A stretch of DNA of 64,000 nt, from positions 170,562,001-170,626,000 of the forward strand of contig OZ360219.1 of assembly GCA_977017645.1 (NCBI GenBank), in the 5' to 3' direction. Made by a program: the position numbers and the translations under genes. The notes under the pieces are model-generated. The model had not been told where the DNA came from. It made no database searches and saw only the letters and a program-made list of their open reading frames with translations. Below, piece by piece: positions 32,110 through 47,009 of this stretch (position 1 is the stretch's first letter; every line of letters starts with the position of its first letter). The stretch is from Torpedo marmorata. Taxonomy: Eukaryota.

Positions 32110-34420
32110 CGGCCAATGAGGCTATATGGATAAAAGTTAGAAATAAGGGAGACGTGATCACATTGCTGGGGTTATACTATATATTTCTCAATGATCAGTG
32201 GGAATTAAATGAACAGATATGTAAATAAATTGCAGAAAACGTTTAAGAGCAAAAGAGTTATAGTTGAAGGGGATTTTAACTTTACCAATATTGACTGGGA
32301 TTGCCTTCAGGCAAAAGACATGGATTGAGGCAATATGTAGATAGTCCCAATGGAGAAGGGCCGTACTTGACTGTATCTTAGGAAACAAAACTGAGCAGGT
32401 GTTGGCCGTGTCAACCAATGGGAGACCCTAATTCTGTAAGTTTCAACATAGCTATGGAAAATGTCCCCAGTTTAAGGTCTTGAATTGTGAGAAAGCTGAT
32501 TATAGTTAGTACAAGAGAGGACCTGGCAATCTGGTAGATTGGGAGTAGATGCCTGTGGGTAAAATGACAGCTGACATGTGGGAGCCTTTTGTAAGAAGGT
32601 AAGTGGGATTTTAAGGCTAGTATATTCTAGTATAGGTGAAAGGCGAAGGTGGCAAGATTACGGAATCTTGGATGACAAAGGATATTGAAGGTTCAATGAG
32701 AGAGAGGAAAGAGGATATATATGACCAGTACATTATTGGCTATTTCATTGAGAGACTCTTTTGAAGAATATAGAATGTGTTGGAGAGAACTTGGGAAAGA
32801 AATTTGGAGGGCAAAATGGCTCGTAAAATTTCTTTGGTAAATAAGATTTTGGAGAATGGGAAGACATTCTATATCAAGAACATATGGGAAGGCAGAGAAA
32901 GAGTGGGTCCCCTTAGGAATCAAAGGGGTAATCTGAGTGTGAAGTATATGTGAGTGGGTGTCTTAAATTAATCCATTCATCAAGGAAAAGGACACAGAAG
33001 ATAATTCAGGGAAAGAGTACAGGTATACAGTAATTTGGAGCAGGTCAGTCTTAAGAAGGAGGAGATATTGGCTGTCATATGACACATAAAGGGTGATTAA
33101 ATTCTCTGGGGCTGATATCTATCTCAGGTTGTTGTGAAAAACAATGAATTAGATAGCTCATGGCAGAGATTTCTGCATCTTTGTATGCCACAGGTGAGAT
33201 GCTGGAAAACAGGAGGATGGCTCATGTTGTTCCTTTTAGAAGGGCAGCAGTGCTAACCGAGGAAACAGCGGGCTTTATGTCAGTGAAAGAAAAAAACATT
33301 GGATAAAATCCCAAGGATGTGATTTATGTATATTTGGAAAGGCAGGGATTAAACTGGGGTTGCATGGCTTTGTGTAGTCAAAGTCCTAATTCACCAATTG
33401 GATTATTTTGAGGAGGAAGCCAAGAAGATTGATGAAGGTTGTCATTATTATCTATATGGACTTCAGTAAGTCTTTTTGGCGAGGTCCCACATGGTTGGCT
33501 GATCTGCAAGGTTAAGGCACACGGGATCCAAGGTGCAATGTCTAATTGGTTTGGTGATAGAAAAACAAAGGGAAGTGTGGAAAGAAACTTTCCTAATTGG
33601 AAATCTGTGATCAATGATGTACTACTGGTTTTGATACTGGAGCCATTGTTGTTTGTGATATATAATAAAAAACTTTTGTGTGTGTGTCAGAGTTATGATC
33701 AGTAAGTTTGCGAATAGCATGAGGGTTGGTGGTATTGTGGGTAGTGAGAAAGGTCATCTAAACCTACAGCATAATATAAATCAGATGGAAAGTTGGGTGG
33801 AATATTGGCAGGTGGAATTTAATCCCAAGATTGCAACGTGATGCATTTTGGGAAGTTGAATAAAAGCAGGACATACACAGTAAATGGTAGGGCACTAAGG
33901 GAAGTTGATGAACAGAGGGACCTTTGGGTTCAAGTCCATAGTTCACAGAAAGTGGCAACAGAGGTAGATAAGCAGTGAATATGCATTTGGCATGCTTGCC
34001 TTTAGAGGTCAGAGCATAGAATATGAAAGATAGGATGTTATGTTGCAAATATACAAAACACGTGTTAGACCTCTCGTGGAGTATTGCGTGCAGTTCTGGT
34101 CACCACATTATAGGAAAAATGTTTTGGCGCTGGGAGAGAGTGCATTGAAGATTTCACAAGGACGTTGTTTGGATTCGAGAACTTTAGTTATGGGAACAGA
34201 TTGGATAGACTGGGCTTGTTTTCCATGGAGCAAAGGAGGTTGAGTGGTGCCTGATACAGTTATAAAATTAGAAGTGGCATTGATAGGGTAGATAGAATCT
34301 TTTACCTGTGAGAGGGGTATCAAAATAGAAAGGGCATGAGTTAAAATTTAAAGGGGATTTGAAGTGAATGAGAGAGAGTGGATGATGCCTGAGGAGGTGG
34401 TGGAATCATAGAGTATGACA
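32110..34420 (+). mobile_element. Long degenerate CR1 LINE (EN-RT-3' remnants)
   Basis: GDFNF.NIDW, MDFSK..VPHG.L, VRPLVEYCVQFWSPHYRK. Confidence 0.85.
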
Positions 34421-35429
34421 ATCTTCTGCGCTGTACAACTCCATGACTTTGTAACTGTAGGATGTTTTTGATAAACCCCTCATTATAATATTCAGTCTCA
34501 GAAATAAGATGCATATAGATGCAGTCTTTGAGATAGGACAGTGAAGTAAAAATAAGACAAATGTTCAACTTGTTTTGTGAACAAATTTTTGATTTGTTTT
34601 TCTTTCTTTATGGTGTTATAATAACTCTGAGTCAAATGCATTTTGTATTAAAGCTTGATTTTCAATGTTTTAGTGTTTCCTTTATGTAGGATTTCCATTC
34701 CAGTAAATGAAATAAAGGTTCTGAATTTAATCTTATAGGAGACAGGTTTACCTGCATGAAGTGAAGCAGATGTCCCAAATTATTGACTTCAAATTGTTTA
34801 TTGATTCCCTTTTATTTACTCAGGAATATGACTGATAATGTTAAAATTGGTTCCCATAAACAAGAATTCTGTTGTGCAGTCAACTGCATGTTTTTTTAAA
34901 CATTTGAAGCTATATTGAAAAGCTGTCAACCTATAATTTGGTAAGAGTAATATTAGCTCAAAGGCGGGCTCAGTATTTCAAATGATTGTTAAAGGAACAT
35001 CGAGTAATTATGTCAATGATTTACAAAATTAATAGGTGGGCTTTAGTGAATAGCTTTACCATGTATTGTTTTTGATGCAATTACTGACTGATCACGTGAT
35101 CTGAACAAGGTACTGAAACAAATGCTTATATGTTGGAATGTTTTAAATAATGTTATATGGTTGAAGATGTATTTTGGAATTATTGAACTCCAGCTAAAAT
35201 TCTTCAGGACTCCTCAAATTTCTAAACTCACTGATTCAACATTTTGAACAGTTAGCCCAATCAGATTATTATTTAATGCAATGTACAATCTCCTAAAATA
35301 AGAACAATATTGTGGTGGTTTAAAAACAAAATCATAATAAATTTGAGAAAATTGAATGGATGGTTTCACGCTACTCTAGCTGGTCATGAAGTACAGGATT
35401 TGGTATTTAATTTTTGGTACTGGTAAAGT

Positions 35430-36520
35430 GTCATAGAGTTATACACTCACAGAGCACTGAGCAGGCCCTTTGGCCAAACTCATCAGTGCTGACCAAGTTG
35501 TCATTGTGCACTAGTCCCATTTGTATCTATTTGGTCCATATCTTTCAAAATCCTTCCTATCCATATATCTGTCCATCTCTGGAAACACTCTCTCCTTTCT
35601 CGATCTCTCTGTCTCCATCTCAGAGACAAACTCTCTACAGATACTTTCTACAAACCTACCAACTCCCACAGTTACCTTGACTACATCTCTTCACACCTTG
35701 CCTCCTATAAGGATTCTGCACCTTTCTCTCAATTCCTTCACATCCAATGTATCTGCTGCCAGGATGAGTTCTTCCATTCCAGAACATCCGATGCCATCAA
35801 TTCAGCCCTTACCCACACATGGTCCATCTCTGGTAACACTCTCTCCTTCCTCGATTTCCCCATTTCCATTGTGAGACAAACTCTACAGATATTTTCTGCA
35901 AACCTACCAACGCCCACAGTTACTCCGAGTCATATCTTCACACCCTATATCCTGTAAGGATTCTATTCCTTTTTCTCAATTTCACCGCCTCCATCTCATT
36001 TGCTCCCAGGATTAGGTATTTGATTCCAGAACATTCATGATGTCCTCCTTCTTCAAAAATGTGGCTTGTCCTCGATGCCATCAACTCAGCCTTTACCTGC
36101 ATACTTCGACAAAGGACTCAAGCCCGAAACATTTGTTACCCTATACTTCTTACAGATGCTATGTGACGTGCTGAGTTTCTCCAGCAATTTGTATATTGCA
36201 CTGCAATCCCAGCTTCTACAGACTTTCCTGTTTAACCACATATCCATCCAAATGTCTTTTGAATGTCATAATTGTACCCACTTCTACAGTTTCCTCTCCC
36301 AGTTCGTTCCAGATACAGACCACCATCTAAATGAAAAAGTTGTCTCTCAGGTTCCTTTTAAATCTCTCCCTTCTCGCCTTAAGTCTTTGCTCTCTTGTTC
36401 TAGAATTGTCAACACTGCAAAAAAGACTGAACATTCACTTTATCCATCCCCTCCGTGATTTCATAAAGACAAGGCCTATACAACCTCTCCATATAATACA
36501 AGCCCTGCAGTTACAGCAAC
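35430..36520 (-). mobile_element. CR1 3' fragment hosting a Penelope insertion
   Basis: tcatagagttatac...gcaggccctttggccaaactc tail. Resumes after about 36240. Confidence 0.65.
35572..36235 (+). mobile_element. Penelope-like fragment: tandemly duplicated RT-thumb segment + 3' terminus with a degenerate hammerhead
   Basis: Two diverged units of about 250-270 bp, each starting tccatctctgg.aacactctctcc (FLD..., FYKPTNSHSYLDY), then catacttcgacaaaggactcaagcccgaaac and the terminal region. Confidence 0.8.
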
Positions 36521-36533
36521 ATCAGAGTCAACT

Positions 36534-36890
36534 TTTTTTTTTATTTTTATTTTATTTAAACTTTTAATCACAAAATACATAAAATAAAATATATAATCAT
36601 CAAAAAACATGTGATACATTTTACACCCCCCACCTCCCTCCCCTCCCTAACCCCCCATCCCCACTAATCTAGTAATATAAGTAAAATAAAAATAGAAATA
36701 GAAAAAAAAAAAAAGAAAGGAAAAGATAGTGTAAGGGGAATATCATCAATAAACTAATTCTATTACAGAGGTCAAATATGCCAGTAGATCCGATATCTAC
36801 AGATCTTCAAATCCCTAAACCCACAGCTCTCATATATGGGCTCCAAATTTTCATAAAGAAATGATATTTATTACGTAAATTATAAGTAAT
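36534..36890 (-). mobile_element. L1 3' end, same family as 31145-31930
   Basis: Poly(T) at the left end and ITYNLRNKYHFFMKIWSPY on the minus strand. Perfect 14-bp TSD catcagagtcaact (36520-33 and 36891-904). Confidence 0.92.
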
Positions 36891-39003
36891 CATCAGAGTC
36901 AACTCTGATTAAATGCTCAACTGATACTGAGAAATTTCTGCATAGATTAAAGCAAAGAGGCTAAAAAAATTGGAGACTCTTAATAAAACTTGTAGGAAGC
37001 TCATTGCTCATGATTCCAGTAGTAGTGTTCACTATTGCCAGTTTATCAACAGCTGAAGGTGCAAAGTCACAAACCAACATATGATTTGAAAAAAAAAGAA
37101 AATTTGAGCTGAACCTTGATCAATAATTGAAGTTCATAATTGTAACAATTCTTAATACCCAAGTTCCCCAGAATTTATTCCTGAATAAAATAATTTTAAA
37201 AACTCCAGATATTCTGGAAATTTAACTCACAAAAAACAGTTCTAAAATGGCAGATTACACAAAATGACATTTATTTTAGCAGGTTGACTATCATTAATTG
37301 TATTCTTCCTCTAAAATACAATTGATCTCAACTCACTGATAATCATTGCTCCAGCAAACAAAAATCACGCCTATTATTTCACAAAGCAAATAAGTTTGTC
37401 TTTCTTTTGCATTCACCTGAAATTAATGGAATGTTTTAACATGCTGTTTTGTAGCATGAAATATTATGAAATTGCTTGCAATGCAGTATTACAAGATAAA
37501 ACTAATGAAATTTATAATTCAAAATTCATCTGACCCCTTGCGATTAAAATGTGGCAAGCTCCAATTGCCAGCAGTATCTTTGACAATTAAGGTCACCTCT
37601 TTAATTTAAAAAAAATCAGCATGGAGACTAACTTTCAGTCCATATTCACATTTGGAAAAGTTTAGGGGAATAATTATGGTGCCTGATTTTCTTAAGGCAG
37701 TTCAGTTTTTCTTGGGGTGTGTATTCTTTCTTTCTATTTCTGTTGGATATTATGCATGTTTTCGTACACTGATAAAAGATACCCTGTCTGATATTGGGTT
37801 GAATGATTGCAGGTGATCCTCCACAGAGCATTGCTCTCAAAAATTGGGCATCTGCACTGCATCTGGTATACATTTTTAAAATGGGCTCATCAAAATCCAC
37901 TTTGGGCTTGAGAGTCATCTCTTGCATTTATGTGGGCAACTGACAAAAGAATAATACCATTTTCTAACACTGTCATTAATAATTTGAACCAATCATGATA
38001 TTTCAAATAGACCAAATTATCAGTGCTTGTTGATAATTTAAATTTTCACTTTTAATCAGCTTCGCTATTTACTTTGAAGTAAACATTCTATTCCGATATA
38101 AAGTTGTCTAAAATGACAAAGTAAAAATTATTTAACGAATATACAATTAACAGAAAATTGAAGAAAGCCTTGCATTTACTTTGTGCAGTTTCATGGTCTC
38201 AGGATGTATCCTTTGAATTACTATTGAAGCGCAGTTATTGGTTTTAGGCAAACAGAGCAGCAATTGTTTTTGACATCAAGCTCCAAAAATAACAATTGAG
38301 CCAAAAGATTTGTTGCTGTTTTTAATTATTTTGTTTAAAGGAGTTGATGTGTGCCAGAACATCTGGAGACCACATTGATACTCTTTGAATAGTGTTATGA
38401 TGGCTCCCAAAGCAGGCAGTCAAAGCCTCTGTTTAACATCTCGTATGAAAAAAAGAGCATGTTAATGTTAGAGACTCTGTTTTATATATTCAATCCAAAA
38501 AAAAGTGAAAGAATAATGACCTTTCTGATGGCAAATTCTTTGATGTAAAATAATCCTGGACAATGAAAGTTAGCAAAATACTTCTCTTGGATATGAGGGT
38601 AATTTTCTTACTGCCCAGATTTGAAGACTTCACCTGCTGGCAGTGTATAATCTGAAATGTGGAGTCACTGTGCGTGACTTCACATCTGAATTGAATTTCT
38701 GGGTTATGAGCAACAGATGGACCTCCCTAAAACCCAAAGCCAGAAAATGCAACTGACATGCTTTTTTGTCATGTTTCCTTTCACATTTCATTACACTGCA
38801 AAGCTACATAGAAAACCCTGTACTTTTATGGATTTTTCACTCCTGGAGCGCAGGATGACTATAGTTCAAGGATTTCTGTTGCAAAGCAGGCAGCATTAGC
38901 ATTAAGTTCACATAAACATTCGATATTTCTAGATTCCAAGAAGCACATTAATTAACAAATACCCTTATCTAGTTGCTTCTTTCCTCCACTTGATTACTTA
39001 CAA

Positions 39004-39266
39004 GGGTGGCACGGTTGGCATAGCGGTTAGCGTAACACCGTTACAGCGCCAGTGATCAGGACCGGGGTTCGAATCCCGTGCTGTCTATAGGAGTTTGTAT
39101 GTTCTCCCCATGTCTGCGTGGGTTTTCCCCAGGGACTCCGGTTTCCTCCCACCCTTCAAAATGTACCAGTGGTTGTAGGTTAATTGGGTGTAATTGGGCG
39201 GCATGGGCTCATGGGCCAAAATGGCCTGTTACCATGCTGTATGTTTAAATTTATAATTTAAAATTT
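39004..39266 (+). mobile_element. tRNA-derived V-SINE (HE1-like)
   Basis: A box tggcatagcgg, B box ggttcgaatcc, V-domain gtttgtatgttctcccc...ccggtttcctcccac, CR1-like tail. Confidence 0.9.
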
Positions 39267-40429
39267 GCAATTGTAATTTCAACATGGCATCTTAAAATTG
39301 GTTCAGACTTAAATAGAAATCTGCCATTTTCCGTCCATCTCTCCAACTGATCTTTCTTCTGCTGTATCCTTTGACAATCTTCTTTATTATCCACAATTCC
39401 AGCAAATTCTGCAAACTTACTAATCAGCTAATTTACATTTTTGTCAAAATCATGTGTGTGTGTGTGTGTATGCGTGCTTGATAACCACAAACAAGTGGAC
39501 ATAGCACTGAACTCTGCAGAACACTGCTGGTCACAGACCTTCAGTCAGAGAAACATCTCTTCACCACTACCCTGTGTCTTGTATGGCCAAGCCAATTTTG
39601 AATTCAAGAATATGAGCATCATTTTGAAATTGGGTTATTTCACTTTTTATGATCAAATAAGATACTTGAATTGTTCCAGTTAAAAACTGTCAAAAGGTAC
39701 AATTTCTTTATATCCATAACATCCTGCAAACTTGAGCCAGGTGCATCATTCATATATTTTGTTTTGCAATTAGTACCCTGACAAAAGAAAGACTGTGTGA
39801 TCCTGATTTTTGGTGATAGGAAGGGATCGGTGATGTTGAAAACTGGTCTGAAGCCTTCCAACAGCTGGGCAGGAGAGATCTTGTTGGTATTAAAGGGCAT
39901 TAACATTTTGTAGTTGTTTTGTGCCTGGATTAGATGGAGGGAAAGGAGGAGGATAGTGGAATCCAATGGTAGAAAACTGAAGCTGGAGTTTCTTTGAAGT
40001 GGTCCTGCAATAATTGTGAAATAAATGATGCCCATGTGTGGGAAAATGTGAGACCTGTCACTCGGAAGGGAAGATGTGGGTGTAGGGTTAGCAGTTCACA
40101 GTAGGGAGAGCCCGCTATTCTGAGGTCTTGTGAATATAGATGTGTGCTTGGGTCTGGAGGAGTCTGGGAATTGTGCACCATTTCCATCTAGTAACGAAGG
40201 AATTTAACATTTAGCTTCAAATTATGCTCTCAAGCAAATCTTTTTTATTTCAAATTTTCAACTTCTAATGATCATGGATCATATACATTTTTGCCTTAAA
40301 TAGATTATGTGAATTAATGTGTTTGGAATGAAATTTATTTTTACTTAATTTGAAACAACTTGAATGTGTCATAAAGTAACAGTCCACAATGATGTTATGC
40401 TATCACACTCTGTATTTTTCTTCAAAATG

Positions 40430-41110
40430 ATTGCAATCTGTGGATCACATGTCATCACTGAATTAAAACCAAGAGGAGGCTATTTCATCCATCCTACCTG
40501 TGGCAGCTCTTTGATAGCATGATTCAATTAATCTATTCCACTGTTCCTTCCTCAAGGCACTGTAAATGTTTCTCTTCAAGTATTTATCTAATTCTATTCT
40601 GAATATTAATGCCGAAGCTAATTCTGTTATGCTTGCGGACAATACATTCCAAATTGCAGCAAGGTTAACAACGTTATTTCCCTAGCTGTCTTGAATCTCT
40701 GATTTCTGATCTATCTACTACTGAAATCAGTTAGCCTCGTGTACTTTAACTGAAAACATCGATGAATATGAAGATCTCTGTTAAATCTCCCCAATCATCT
40801 CTGCTCTGAGAAATCATTCCTTGAATTTCTACACATATTGGCAATCTCCCAGTAGCACTCTTCGACACATTCTCAACGTTACTGACATCATTTTTGACGC
40901 CTACACATTGTAGTTTGCTTTTGTACTCTATTACAATTTCAATAAAACCAAAGATCCAATATGCTGTTTTACTAAGTTGTTCTCCTGTCATCTCAAAAAT
41001 GTATATACATTAGGCCCATGTCTACGATTTAAAATGGTACCATTTAGTTTCTTTGGCTTTCCTCTCCCTCTGACCAAAATGTATCCCTTGTACTTCTGTG
41101 CTTTCATCAA
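40430..41110 (-). mobile_element. Highly degenerate CR1 fragment
   Basis: Minus-strand remnants such as GDLTEIF and FIEIVIEYKSK, plus a CR1-like 3' end. Confidence 0.5.
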
Positions 41111-44100
41111 CTATTTCCCACCATCATACTCACAACATTTTCATTGTAAAAGTTATGTTATACAATAGTAAAGAACAAGCCTTTTGTGTTACAGGTTTCT
41201 GTGATTATATGCTTAAATTAGCCAATAAATATATAGAAAGGTCACTGTGAAGTCTTAACCTTTAGATCTTGAAATTTAAAAATCTGGACCAGGGAATGTT
41301 TTCTTGTTGGTTTGTAAAATGCCAAAGACATTTCCAATATTGTATATATGTCCAGTATCCAGAATTCTGATAAAGTTATACTTTAAAGGAGAAATTTAAT
41401 TGTTTTAAATAGCAATTCATGCTTTATGCTCTTTGCTGGTAAGGTTAGCATTTTATAGCTCTCCCTTGATGCTCTTAAAATTGAATCACTGAAGGCCATG
41501 TGATTAAGTTTGGAGTTGCAAATATTACGACCACGTTGGGAGGGTGTGTATTGGGGAGAAATCTGTAGATCATGATGTTGCCCTTTATGTACTATTCTTG
41601 TGCATTCTTGTTCTGATGGTTGGTCGTGCTTCTAGTTATATGAACTGCTGCAGAAGAAACCTGAGGCTTCCTGCTGTGGTGCATTCTGCAGATGCTTTTT
41701 ATCTATTGGGAGATATTGTGAAAAGGAAATCCTGATAACAGCCAAGTTGATGTTTATGCTGGCTGTTGGATCAAATTTGAAATGTAAGCATCCTCTTTGG
41801 CATAGCTGGAATATGTTATTATACTATTAAGTACTAAATCAATCATGTCCTTCCATGGAGAGTAACAGTTGCAGGTCCTGTACCCTTCAGAATCGGGCAA
41901 AATTTGGCAGATGATTTTCTGGGGGTATTCAACAATCAATTATTTCAAACCAATTTGATAGCTTCTGATAGCAGAGCTGAAAGATGGAACTGTCTGTTAA
42001 GAGGAGCAAAACTTAAGAGGTGTAGTGCAAGAAAAAATGTATTTACCTTTTGTGCTTCATAATCCATGTTTAAAATTTGAAAGACTATTTTGATCACTTA
42101 AGTTATTCTGTATGATATTATCTTACGTATGTCTTATACTTTATCTTTTGAATATTTTTGTTTATTTTGCTCTAATTCTTCCTCCTGATGCTTGTCTTGG
42201 TGTTCTGATTGTAAATACTATACTAGGTGTCAATTCTTCATGTATGAATTTGTCATGTTTCATTTAATCTCATTTTATAAGCGTGTATTCTGATAATCAC
42301 ACCTTTCCTTCTTCAAAGTTGACTCACCTTACCGAAAGGATACCAAAATACACCTGTAATTTCTATTGTCATTCTAGCGCTATAGTTTGTGAAGATGAAG
42401 ATACAGCCAGCAGTTGTTGCTTCTCTCTTGTATAATATCTATCAAATGGCTGAAATCCAAAAGCTAAAACCCAGACAATTCTATTACATCATATAAAATA
42501 GTTCACATTTGTTGAATCATATAAGTAGTACATTTTTGGGAATGTGGAACCTTTTTTCTCAAGTGATGATGAATTTATTGTATCCTTGGCTTGCCATTTA
42601 GTTTGGGTATAATAGAAGGTACTTTAACAAATTTTGATATGTGGAGTTAGGAAAAGGCACTAAGAATTGGAACATTTTCTACTTCACATCATGCAGTAAT
42701 CAGGCTTTTGATAATTGGTAAAATACATAATTTTGAAATTATTACCGGGTTGTTAGTTTAAATACACATTCCAGGCATGGGATCTTCCTTGCTGGGCAAT
42801 GAATTTTGAAGTTTCATGAGCATTGTCCTCAATTTTGTACTCACTTCTCTGAATAGATAGGAAAGCATTGGGCTTGCAATATTTCATATCAGCTCTTTAC
42901 GACAAGGTTGTATACTGCAATCCAGTAAATGAAAACAAAATAGTCCTTAAGACTAAAGTTATACAAAGACAAAACACTTATTTTGGTGAAATAATTTACA
43001 AAATCCAAAGCTACTTTGAAATTAATTCAACATTGCTGAGTAAAGCCTGAATAAAACAGAAACGGACCATCATGTCATCTGAAATCAATAAAATGTTGAA
43101 CGTTCCACTAATGGTTCAAGCTTGTATGCCACACAATGATCTGAAATGAATGACAAAAAAAGGTGGAACACAATTAAAACAAAATGTTCACAGGACAACA
43201 AAGAAGCCATCAAAGCAGTGAATCAAAATAAAACTTAGTTGACCTGAATACATGATCGTCAAAAGCAACAATTTACTCCATGAGGGATTTAGTATGACAT
43301 CAGATTCTGAACAGTCTGGTAAGTTTGATATAGTGTTCTTTTTTAAAAAAAAATCTTGAGCAGTACAATTAGTTTGAAAGCATTGTTCATAATGTCTACT
43401 TTAATCAGTTTGCTAAACTGAGTTTGTAATGTAATTAATTCACATGAATAACATTCTCTGTTCATATTAATAAGCTTCAATTGAATTATTTAAATTATAC
43501 CATGCTTCTTTAGCATTTGCAGTAGTCCTACTTTTCCACTACAGGTTGAGTTCAAATCATTAATGAATTAAACTCTTTAATGTCTCCACAGATGAGTCAC
43601 CTTCATCCAGATGTGCTGCATTTGTCCATGAGGCTATAAGCACAGAAGGATATTGAGACCACAGGCAAAGGGAAACCAGTATCAGTCATCGATATTGTAT
43701 CACACAGGTTCACTGTGCTGAAAATCGTTGGAGAGATCTTTCTTATTTTGCAGCATAGAGCCTTCAGATCTGCATCTTGATCCTCTGCAGGAACTTCACC
43801 GTAGCACACAATAGAAACTGGGCATAACATCAGTTATTATTCCAGGTCTTGCTGGACGAGGATACACATATGTCATATCTATGTGCAGCTGTTAAAATCC
43901 TAGTGTGCAATGAATTTAGTCACCAGCATATTTTTATGCAGGGGCTCTTTTCATAGGTAAACCAGTCAGTTTGTTCCACAAGTTGATGCCAAAATATTCA
44001 ACCTTCTTTAAACTACTTCAAGATATTACCTTACACATTGTACAGAACTTTGAGACCTTTATATCAAGATTCTGTGGCAGTCATTCAATTCTCTGTAATA

Positions 44101-44311
44101 TCAAGTTGGAAACAATCCACAAAATCATCCTGAGGAGATAGTGGCTTGGCAGGTAGAATGTTGCACGTTTGTAAAACATAAGAAAGTTGCATACAGTTAA
44201 TGCACAGATTGTGTTAAAACATTGTACAATATAAATTATGTTTTCCAGTAATAGTTTTTAAAATGAAACTTATTGCTCCTGTGGTAGATTTAGTATAGCA
44301 CCACAGACATT

Positions 44312-44448
44312 GGTAAAGGTAAAGGTTCCATTATTGTCATGTAATACTTCATTTAGAATGTAACACACATGAAATTCTTTAATTTTTGTCTACCGTAAGG
44401 CAGACAGAGGGTTGCTACTTTGTCCAGCACCCCTCACAGGAACTTACA
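44312..44448 (-). mobile_element. 5'-truncated copy of the 5S-derived SINE (tail only)
   Basis: Closely matches 22475-22610 and stops at the 5S/tail junction. Confidence 0.88.
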
Positions 44449-45499
44449 AGTTTTGTTGTAGTAATTTATATTTATTTACAGTTGGCATCCCAGGTTGCAA
44501 TGAAGATAAATGGGCTCACAAAGATGTATTGTTTTTACTGGAAAAATAGTCATTTATGTAGAATGGTTTATTGAAATCAACATTAATTTTCCATGTTATA
44601 TATATATTTCTCTAGTGTCATCCTTTTCCAAAAATAGCAAGTTTTCAGTCCTATTTTAGTATGTATCGCAAAGCCTTAGCATGTTGCTTGTTCATCCTTC
44701 TAGATGTGTAACTGAAGATTTCAGGAATGTTCAGTCACACGTGGGACTTCTACACCATGTATTCTCCAGTCATTAATATATTCATGTAGGAATGTTTTGA
44801 CATCTCCGGTTATAAGTAATAAATGTTTTCTTCTACATAAATGTTACATGTGTCATTTCAATTATGTACTTCCTGTATATCTAAAGAAAATGATGCAGCA
44901 TGAATTTGATGCACACAAAGTAAGGCACATAACCTTTTCAAAACTTAGTATTAGCACATCACACCCCCAATGCAGGATGGTATGTACAGTTATTAAAATG
45001 TACATATTCAGTGAGGTATTACCAATTGAGAGTCTCTTTCAATGGTTTGCCAGTGAAGTACTATGTTACAATCATGTGTTGTTAGGAATGACCTTACCTG
45101 AGCTTGGTTAGTAGTTTAGTTTAAAAAATGACTTGTGTACCTTTAAAATCAAAGCATGAAGGGTCTCCTTATTAATGTCCATTGACAGCCACTGGAAAAA
45201 AATTAACTTGCAGATTAGAGTTAATTATGATGTCCTTAATGTGGAAGCTTGAACTTGAAGAATAGCTGCTGTGATATCAGGGAACTCTTCCACGAGATAT
45301 TGCTACCTTTTGGAAAAGAAGAGAAAACAAACTGAAATACATGAGCAAAAAAATTGAAGGATGTTGGGGTAAATTAAATCCCATTTCAATGTGCCACACG
45401 GAACATTGAATATGTTGAGTAACTATTTGAAATGTGCAGGTTGACTTAATTGGAGCAAAAAAACAAAGAAGCCAGGTAAAATCTGTGGGGATAAAGGGA

Positions 45500-45610
45500 T
45501 AGTCCTGATGCAGGGTCTTGGCGTTTGCCTCCAAAGAGGCTGCCTGACCTGCTGTGTTCCCCCAGAAGCTTGTGTTTTGCCCAAGATTTCAGCAGTCTCT
45601 AGTGTCTATC
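45500..45610 (+). mobile_element. Old Penelope-derived terminal remnant
   Basis: agtcctgatgcagggtct...gaggctgcctgacctgctgtgttcccccagaagcttgtgttttgc. Confidence 0.55.
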
Positions 45611-47009
45611 TCTTAACTTAATTGGATCTATGTCCTCCCATTACTGATGGAAGTTGTGAAATAATATTAGTATTGCCCAGAATATGTTAAGGCATACATT
45701 TATCAAATGATAATACATCAGCATAATGAACAACATTTGGAATTTGGCACTCCTATGAACAGATAATGACTAAGTTGCTGCTATTTTGAGACTGAATTAC
45801 TTTCCCTCTCACTGTTGCCACATATTATATACATCTACAATTTGTGATATAATTTATGTTATGACTTGAACAGGCTTTGAATGAATATATCTTTCTCATA
45901 ATGAATCCTATTTAACTCATTGCTAGATTCTGCAACTTTATGAACTATTTCTCTGCTTGATTGTCATTTCTACTAATTTAAAAACACTTCAAGCTACAGA
46001 ACAGAATTTCAGTTCTAAAAGCATTAATGAATATTCTGCTAATATAGATTGTCCCATGTTCACTGTTAAAAATGTAATTTATTTGCAGTATAAATATACT
46101 CAGCATTTTAGGATGAATCTTTCTGAATCATGATGTGTATTTTGTCACGTCTAAGAAATAATTAGGGATTTATATTTGTAAAGAAGCAAATAATAACTGG
46201 AAGCTTAGGAGTGTTTGGGATTTCATGGCTATTAATTTTGAACTTTTAGTTGTAGTATTGTTTGACTATCTCTGATGCTGCCATGCACTAGTGAGCTGTG
46301 ACAGAAAGAGCTCCCAGGAGAAGAGAGACATTTATTACAGTGTGATTTTTAAACACAGAATGGGTATCGTCAGGGAATCAGGATAATTTGATAGAGCTAG
46401 ACTCGCCTCTTATTCCTAGTTTCAGTGACAGTGAAGCCACTCCACAAGGTACATAAACAGGTGATGTGTTAGAAACTCTTTGCATTCAGCTTAAGTTATA
46501 TGCTTTGGAAACAAACTTAACATTTGATATACAATCACCCTAATGCCTCAGACCTCATATTTAAATATGCCTTTATTTTATAAAGTACTTTAATTTTATT
46601 TTAATCACTAAAATATCTTTATCCCAAATTTTAATCCAACACTGCCCAGAATAAAATGCATATGGCATAAACCAGTTATCCATTTTAAATCCTCAACTGA
46701 TTTTACTTTGTCTTGAATCAGCTCAGATTCACTCTGTGGGTTATCTTAGTGTTAGAGTTCTTTGCTTCATTGTTAACAACTATCTTACAGCCTTGATCTC
46801 ACCAGTATATTCTGAACACATATGGAATTGTAGGAAAACATGCAGCTATCTATTTGCTTGGGCAGAATTATGTAAATACACAGAATATTTTTTGTTTTGT
46901 TCTGTGTTGCGCATTGTGGTAGATGTGATGTATTTTTATCATTCAGTCTTCTCTATTCGATTTTATGAATTTGCCAAATCATTTCTATTGTGGGATGGAG
47001 AAGGCAGTG

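Noticed and set aside
39004-39080. tRNA gene (also about 54000-54079)
   Set aside because: tRNA-like head of a V-SINE, continuous with the SINE body.
43592-43639. Acceptor followed by MSHLHPDVLHLSMRL-stop, faintly like MRLHP
   Set aside because: Weak pyrimidine tract, 31 kb from exon 1, and the similarity is at chance level.
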